Of a DNA stretch of 54,263 nucleotides, positions 50,383 to 54,263 are shown in pieces; position 1 is the first letter of the stretch, and each line of letters starts with the position of its first letter. This DNA is from a virus (lineage: Duplodnaviria; Caudoviricetes), in IMG/VR virus record IMGVR_UViG_3300043414_000482, positions 1 to 54,263 of that record, one strand, 5' to 3'. The notes below the pieces were generated by a model. That model saw only the letters and a program-made list of their open reading frames with translations. It searched no databases and was not told where the DNA came from. Made by a program: the position numbers and the translations under genes.

Positions 50383-50913
50383 ATTTAACTCTGCACACTT
50401 ACTTATATAGTGTGTCTCACCTTTACTTACTTGTGTATTCCAATCAGTTAGCGCATCATCATTTGCACTATCGCTAACGAACTTATAACACAAGAATTCT
50501 ACATTATTCTTATTACACACCTTTGCTATAGCATATGCTTCCATATCTACCACATCAGCGGGTATTTGTAGATTAGGATCAGTAACAAAATTGTCACCCG
50601 TACTACAAGTGATACCCGTTCCTAAATCTAATACTACTCCATCTTCAAAGGGTGTTTGTCCTGGTTGACTTCCCAACTCACAACAAACCATATCTCTTTG
50701 AACAAACTTGGACACTTGATGAAATCCTGAATGCACAGTGATTCCTCCAGCAGTGCCAAAGTTTATAATTCGTTTAGGCTTATGTCGTTCAATAAGCATA
50801 GCAGTTGTGCTAGCTGCATTGACTTTGCCTACACCTGTATAAAACACATTGGAATGTTTTGATAGATTGGGTGCTTCTTCTTTTAGTGCGATTAAAATGA
50901 TAGTTTCCATCAT
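50368..50913 (-). CDS. mtnN: MTA/SAH nucleosidase (PNP/UDP family)
   Basis: GVGKVNAA, INFGTAG, TGDNF, VDMEA and VSDSA motifs. Confidence 0.85.
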   Translation of the reverse strand: MMETIILIALKEEAPNLSKHSNVFYTGVGKVNAASTTAMLIERHKPKRIINFGTAGGITVHSGFHQVSKFVQRDMVCCELGSQPGQTPFEDGVVLDLGTGITCSTGDNFVTDPNLQIPADVVDMEAYAIAKVCNKNNVEFLCYKFVSDSANDDALTDWNTQVSKGETHYISKCAELNISLV

Positions 50914-50930
50914 CTATTTACACTAGATAT

Positions 50931-50994
50931 AACAGGATCGTTTTTTACGGTTTCAATTAAAAGTTGAATGTATAAAATTTGCTGAACCGATCCT
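50931..50994 (-). ncRNA. stem-closed CAGCAA RNA, copy C
   Basis: AGGAUCGGUUCAGCAAAUUU...UUCAA-CUUUUAA-UUGAA...AAAAACGAUCCUGUU, 5 nt after the tRNA-Ser CCA. Confidence 0.65.
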
Positions 50995-50999
50995 TAACT

Positions 51000-51087
51000 T
51001 GGAGGAAGATGTGAGATTCGAACTCACGGACCCTTTCGAGCCTTCAGTTTTCAAGACTGATGCAATCGGCCACTCTGCCAATCTTCC
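51000..51087 (-). tRNA. tRNA-Ser(TGA)
   Basis: long variable arm, loop CTTGAAA, CCA. Confidence 0.92.
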
Positions 51088-51189
51088 GTTATTCTTTATT
51101 TATTACCATATAGAAACACACTAAAAGTAATCTAACATACAAGAGCGCCGTGCGAACGTATGCTAAAAGGTATCTAATGTGTTTTTATA

Positions 51190-51265
51190 TGGTAGGGCCA
51201 CCGAGATTCGAACTCGGAACTGGCAGATTAAAAGTCTGCTGTGATAACCGTTTCACCATAACCCC
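51190..51265 (-). tRNA. tRNA-Lys(TTT)
   Basis: cloverleaf, loop CTTTTAA, CCA. Confidence 0.9.
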
Positions 51266-51271
51266 ATATAT

Positions 51272-51346
51272 TGGTCCCTCCACTCAGAATTGAACTGAGT
51301 CTTGTCGGATTAAGAGTCCGCTATGCTACCGTAACATCTTGAAGGG
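51272..51346 (-). tRNA. tRNA-Lys(CTT)
   Basis: cloverleaf, loop CTCTTAA, CCA. Confidence 0.88.
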
Positions 51347-51464
51347 ATAAGCAGTATTAAATTGTCTTTAATGTGCCATCCCTAGACCAATACATGGGTT
51401 CTAAGAATGACACTATCGTTTCATTGAACGTTTCATATCATTACCTCTTTCGTTTAAAAAACAT

Positions 51465-51493
51465 ATTATACAACATTTAGGGTTTGTTGTCAA
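51465..51493 (-). promoter_or_regulatory. sigma70 promoter inside the tRNA array
   Basis: TTGACA-17-TATAAT. Confidence 0.85.
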
Positions 51494-51501
51494 CCTTTAC
51501 T

Positions 51502-51579
51502 TGGAGTAGCGGGTGAGATTTGAACTCACGATTTTAGAGTTTTGCAGGCTCTTGCGTTGGACCTCTCCGCCACCGCTAC
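51502..51579 (-). tRNA. tRNA-Cys(GCA)
   Basis: loop CTGCAAA, U73, CCA. Confidence 0.9.
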
Positions 51580-51582
51580 ATA

Positions 51583-51744
51583 TTATTTCTCTGACTTTTC
51601 TCTAGCTGGACGCACAGAACTTGTGAGGTGTGCGTCAATCATAATTCGTTTGAATGCATGACGTTGATCTGCATCTGAAAATTTGAATAATGCTAAAATC
51701 CGTTTAGTAGATTTAGGCAGCTTAAAAGTTTTGTTTGGTTTCAT
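51583..51744 (-). CDS. small basic protein (53 aa, MKPNKTFKL..., not in ORF track)
   Basis: AAGGA RBS; fills a tRNA spacer. Confidence 0.65.
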   Translation of the reverse strand: MKPNKTFKLPKSTKRILALFKFSDADQRHAFKRIMIDAHLTSSVRPAREKSEK

Positions 51745-51766
51745 ATTTTTCCTTGTTAAAAATCTT

Positions 51767-51853
51767 TGGCGGAGAGTGTGGGAGTCGAACCCACTCGCCC
51801 ATTTCTGAGCGTCGGATTAGCAATCCGATGCCTTACCATCCAGCCCACTCTCC
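51767..51853 (-). tRNA. tRNA-Ser(GCT)
   Basis: long variable arm, loop TTGCTAA, CCA. Confidence 0.92.
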
Positions 51854-51861
51854 GAAATACT

Positions 51862-51938
51862 TGGTGCCTTCAACTGGACTCGAACCAGTAACCTAACGAT
51901 TATGAGTCGTTTGCACTAACCAATTGTGCTATAAAGGC
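51862..51938 (-). tRNA. tRNA(CAT), probably Ile2 (otherwise elongator Met)
   Basis: anticodon arm CGACTCATAATCG resembles bacterial Ile2; CCA. Confidence 0.85.
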
Positions 51939-52114
51939 TCTTACCATAATATAATATACTCCCAGTGTTTGTCATCACACCGTACCTTGTGGTACACCTT
52001 CGTTCGTACTAAATTTTAACACTTAAATATGTTTAGTACACGATGTAGCACTCACCTACAAAACGTAGACGGGTAGGCTATATCCCTTTCCGGTGACAAG
52101 AATACACTATATTA

Positions 52115-52199
52115 TGGTACGACTGACCGGAATCGAACCGGTACACCTTTCGGCGGCAGATTTTAAATCTGCTATGTCTACCTATTTCATCACAGTCGC
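52115..52199 (-). tRNA. tRNA-Leu(TAA)
   Basis: long variable arm, loop TTTAAAA, CCA. Confidence 0.92.
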
Positions 52200-52212
52200 A
52201 TTTCATTTCACT

Positions 52213-52241
52213 ATTATATATCATTGAAAGATATATGTCAA
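52213..52241 (-). promoter_or_regulatory. sigma70 promoter inside the tRNA array
   Basis: TTGACA-17-TATAAT. Confidence 0.85.
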
Positions 52242-52247
52242 ACATTC

Positions 52248-52321
52248 TGGAGCGGGGTAGGAGAATCGAACTCCTGACTTTAGCTTGGAAGGCTAAGGTA
52301 ATGCCATTTTACGAACCCCGC
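52248..52321 (-). tRNA. tRNA-Gly(TCC)
   Basis: cloverleaf, loop CTTCCAA, CCA. Confidence 0.92.
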
Positions 52322-52512
52322 ATTGATAAATTTGTAAGTAGTAGCACCTCACTCATTGCTACCATTCTACCTGTATTTTCTTTAAAGCGGCCGACAGGAT
52401 AGAGGTACGTAGTAATAGTTGATACTTGAGCGTTGCAATTTTGTTGGACTCGTACCATTCTCTCACATGGCTTTCGACACCATGCTTTCTCAACATCTAC
52501 ACTTACAAAACT

Positions 52513-52583
52513 TGGTGCACCTGACAGGAATCAAACCTGTCTATGTTTGGCTTCAAATCCAACTCATAATGTCAATCCAGCGC
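52513..52583 (-). tRNA. degenerate tRNA-like gene
   Basis: T-arm ACAGG-TTTGATT-CCTGT, GCACCA end, 8-nt anticodon-position loop, no D-stem. Confidence 0.5.
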
Positions 52584-52804
52584 AAAAACGTAATGGTTAC
52601 GATTCCATTGCTACTAAATCATGTAGCCGATTTTGTTTGGCGCACAGCTGGGTGCTGCCATTGCCCATACGCAAAAATTGATTGATTAGTAAGGCTACCC
52701 CTCATGTCGTCTTATTCTTGGGTAGCGTGAACCATGTTGTTAGCACCGACAGACAATCCGTAACTAACTAGGCGCTCTCGCTAAAGACATTACTAATCAA
52801 AACT

Positions 52805-52882
52805 TGGCGCCTCGTAGGGGATTTGAACCCCTGATCTCTACCGTGACAGGGTAGCGCATTAGGCCAGCTATGCTAACGAAGC
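52805..52882 (-). tRNA. tRNA-Asp(GTC)
   Basis: cloverleaf, loop CTGTCAC, CCA. Confidence 0.92.
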
Positions 52883-52892
52883 AAAATATGTT

Positions 52893-52978
52893 TGGTGGAA
52901 GCGGTTGGATTCGAACCAACGTGCTTTTTAGGGAACAGATTTACAGTCTGTCGGTTTCAGCCTCTCACCCACGCTTCC
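52893..52978 (-). tRNA. tRNA-Tyr(GTA)
   Basis: long variable arm, loop CTGTAAA, CCA. Confidence 0.92.
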
Positions 52979-53173
52979 AAATTAGTATAAGCTACTAGGT
53001 TCCACCCTAGCCCTTAATTGAGCGGTTACTCTGTCCATCTTTTTTATCTGGTATCTGTGTGCAGAAAGATAACTGCCTATCAGAGTCTGAGTATTTCTCT
53101 CGCTAACGGTCTTCTGCCACCGGACCTCTATCGCTAGTCAAACGCTACTTTAACGAAAGTAGTAACGGGATTC

Positions 53174-53249
53174 TGGTGCTCGGTACGAGATTCGAACTCG
53201 TGTACCCGCCGTGAAAGGGCGGTGTCCTAGGCCACTAGACGAACTGAGC
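53174..53249 (-). tRNA. tRNA-Glu(TTC)
   Basis: cloverleaf, loop CTTTCAC, CCA. Confidence 0.93.
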
Positions 53250-53375
53250 ATTGTCCTATATGAAAACACACTTCGGATACTGTACGAAACAGAACTATCC
53301 ATCACGGTCTATCCCGCTGAAGAATGTTTACATATAGAGCCCTGTAACTTAAACAGGGTCTATACGAAAATAAAA

Positions 53376-53387
53376 TTTTAAAGAACA
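53376..53387 (-). promoter_or_regulatory. boxA-like antitermination site
   Basis: TGTTCTTTAAAA vs rrn boxA TGCTCTTTAACA, between the promoter and tRNA-Glu. Confidence 0.6.
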
Positions 53388-53491
53388 TTTGGCTGAGACC
53401 TGCTCATTTAATGTTTCCTGCTTGACTTTTTGCTATTGCTAGCGTGTCTCGCTTTTTGAAACAACCTGTTGATTTCTCAACTCATGCTATG

Positions 53492-53520
53492 ATTATATCA
53501 CAAGCACCATTTATTGTCAA
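53492..53520 (-). promoter_or_regulatory. tandem promoter P2 of the tRNA operon
   Basis: TTGACA-ataaatggtgcttgtga-TATAAT; leader ATGAGTTGAGAAATC. Confidence 0.88.
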
Positions 53521-53657
53521 TCTGTTTAGCTAGCTTATTTGTGTGATTTCCACTAGCCTGTTACTCTGTATCAGTCTAGGCTAATCATTGCTGAAAATTC
53601 CTAGCATCAACCTGCGTCACACTGTTTTCGAAACAGATTTCTCAACTCATTGATATG

Positions 53658-53686
53658 ATTATAGCACCATATCCATTTATTGTCAA
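53658..53686 (-). promoter_or_regulatory. tandem promoter P1 of the tRNA operon
   Basis: TTGACA-ataaatggatatggtgc-TATAAT; same leader ATGAGTTGAGAAATC. Confidence 0.88.
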
Positions 53687-53724
53687 TTCTTTTGTTGTTG
53701 TATTTTTACAACAACTATATGATT

Positions 53725-53799
53725 TGGTCCGGCGTAGAGGAATCGAACCTCTATCTATAGCTTAGAAGGCTACTGTTCTATCCGTTGAACTAACGCCAG
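53725..53799 (-). tRNA. tRNA-Arg(TCT)
   Basis: cloverleaf, loop CTTCTAA, CCA; own promoter 53821-53849. Confidence 0.92.
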
Positions 53800-53872
53800 A
53801 TTAAATTCTAAGTAGTCTCTATTATAGAGGATTATTGATTTATTGTCAAGCAGAATGCTTAACAAAGATATT

Positions 53873-53948
53873 TGGCTCCCCAGGATGGGATCGAACCACC
53901 GACACGTTGATTAACAGTCAACTGCAACTACCGCTGTGCTACTGGGGA
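53873..53948 (-). tRNA. tRNA-Asn(GTT)
   Basis: cloverleaf, loop CTGTTAA, CCA. Confidence 0.92.
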
Positions 53949-53956
53949 ATAAAAAT

Positions 53957-54031
53957 TGGTGCCCAATGTCTGATTCGAACAGACGACCTACCGCTTACAA
54001 GGCGGTTGCTCTACCCCTGAGCCAATCGGGC
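53957..54031 (-). tRNA. tRNA-Thr(TGT)
   Basis: cloverleaf, loop CTTGTAA, CCA; promoter 54076-54104. Confidence 0.92.
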
Positions 54032-54105
54032 AATATTAGTAGCGGCGTTACTCGCTACTATGTTTATTTAGATGAATTATACACTAGGTTGATTTTTATG
54101 TCAAC

Positions 54106-54261
54106 CTAGTTTAGTAGAATCCTGCTGTGCTTTGGAACACCTGATAGCAAGTAATCCATCTGGTCAGCAAGGATGTTACGATGTTGTAAAATCATGTTTT
54201 CGTAATGATTAGGAACATAAGGCGCATACAGAAGTTCCATGGGGGCTTCTTTCAATGTCTT
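54106..54261 (-). CDS. 3' end of a gene cut by the window edge, resembling HNH-endonuclease C-termini
   Basis: KTLKEAPMELLYAPYVPNHYENMILQHRNILADQMDYLL. Confidence 0.5.
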   Translation of the reverse strand, partial: KTLKEAPMELLYAPYVPNHYENMILQHRNILADQMDYLLSGVPKHSRILLN

Positions 54262-54263
54262 AT

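Noticed and set aside
52513-52800. tmRNA
   Set aside because: The G3:U70/ACCA end and a CUGGAUUGAC word are suggestive, but the acceptor closes within 71 nt and I find no tag ORF; an ARAGORN tmRNA search would settle it.
51105-53338. Hammerhead or theta (HDV-like) ribozymes in tRNA trailers
   Set aside because: No CUGANGA/GAAA core or convincing nested double pseudoknot seen by eye; a motif search is needed to exclude them formally.
52419-54020. + strand ORFs 52419-52685, 52433-52681 and 53835-54020
   Set aside because: Antisense to tRNAs or structured RNAs; no RBS or protein-like features.

Overview
A 54-kb segment of a large, AT-rich, T4-like dsDNA phage genome read in the standard genetic code. 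The host is probably a proteobacterium, inferred from host-like IF-1, RpoZ, ErpA, FdxA and PBP7 genes. Layout: (i) 1-7.5 kb, + strand early and nucleotide-metabolism genes behind a repeated TTGACA-N17-TATAAT promoter; (ii) 7.5-33.5 kb, mostly late genes behind (A/C)TAAATA promoters: envelope proteins, putative head-packaged enzymes with a T4-like capsid-targeting N-terminus, collagen/LamG fibres, a C1 peptidase and glycosyl-/methyltransferases; (iii) 33.5-47 kb, minus-strand early genes ending in a TROVE/DUF2828-vWA (Ro-like) gene and rpoZ; (iv) 47.3-54 kb, a minus-strand array of 21 canonical tRNAs plus 2 atypical tRNA-like genes. The best candidate for an undescribed system is RNA-based. Three copies of a covarying, CAGCAA-containing stem-closed RNA occur here: two in the leader of the Ro-like gene and one inside the tRNA array, the latter carrying a tRNA-Lys anticodon stem-loop mimic. 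The tRNA operon also has an rrn-like leader (tandem promoters plus boxA), several further structured RNAs, and a Lys/Arg mini-ORF with a hairpin ahead of the two tRNA-Lys genes. All family calls come from motif recognition by eye; no searches or folding programs were run.
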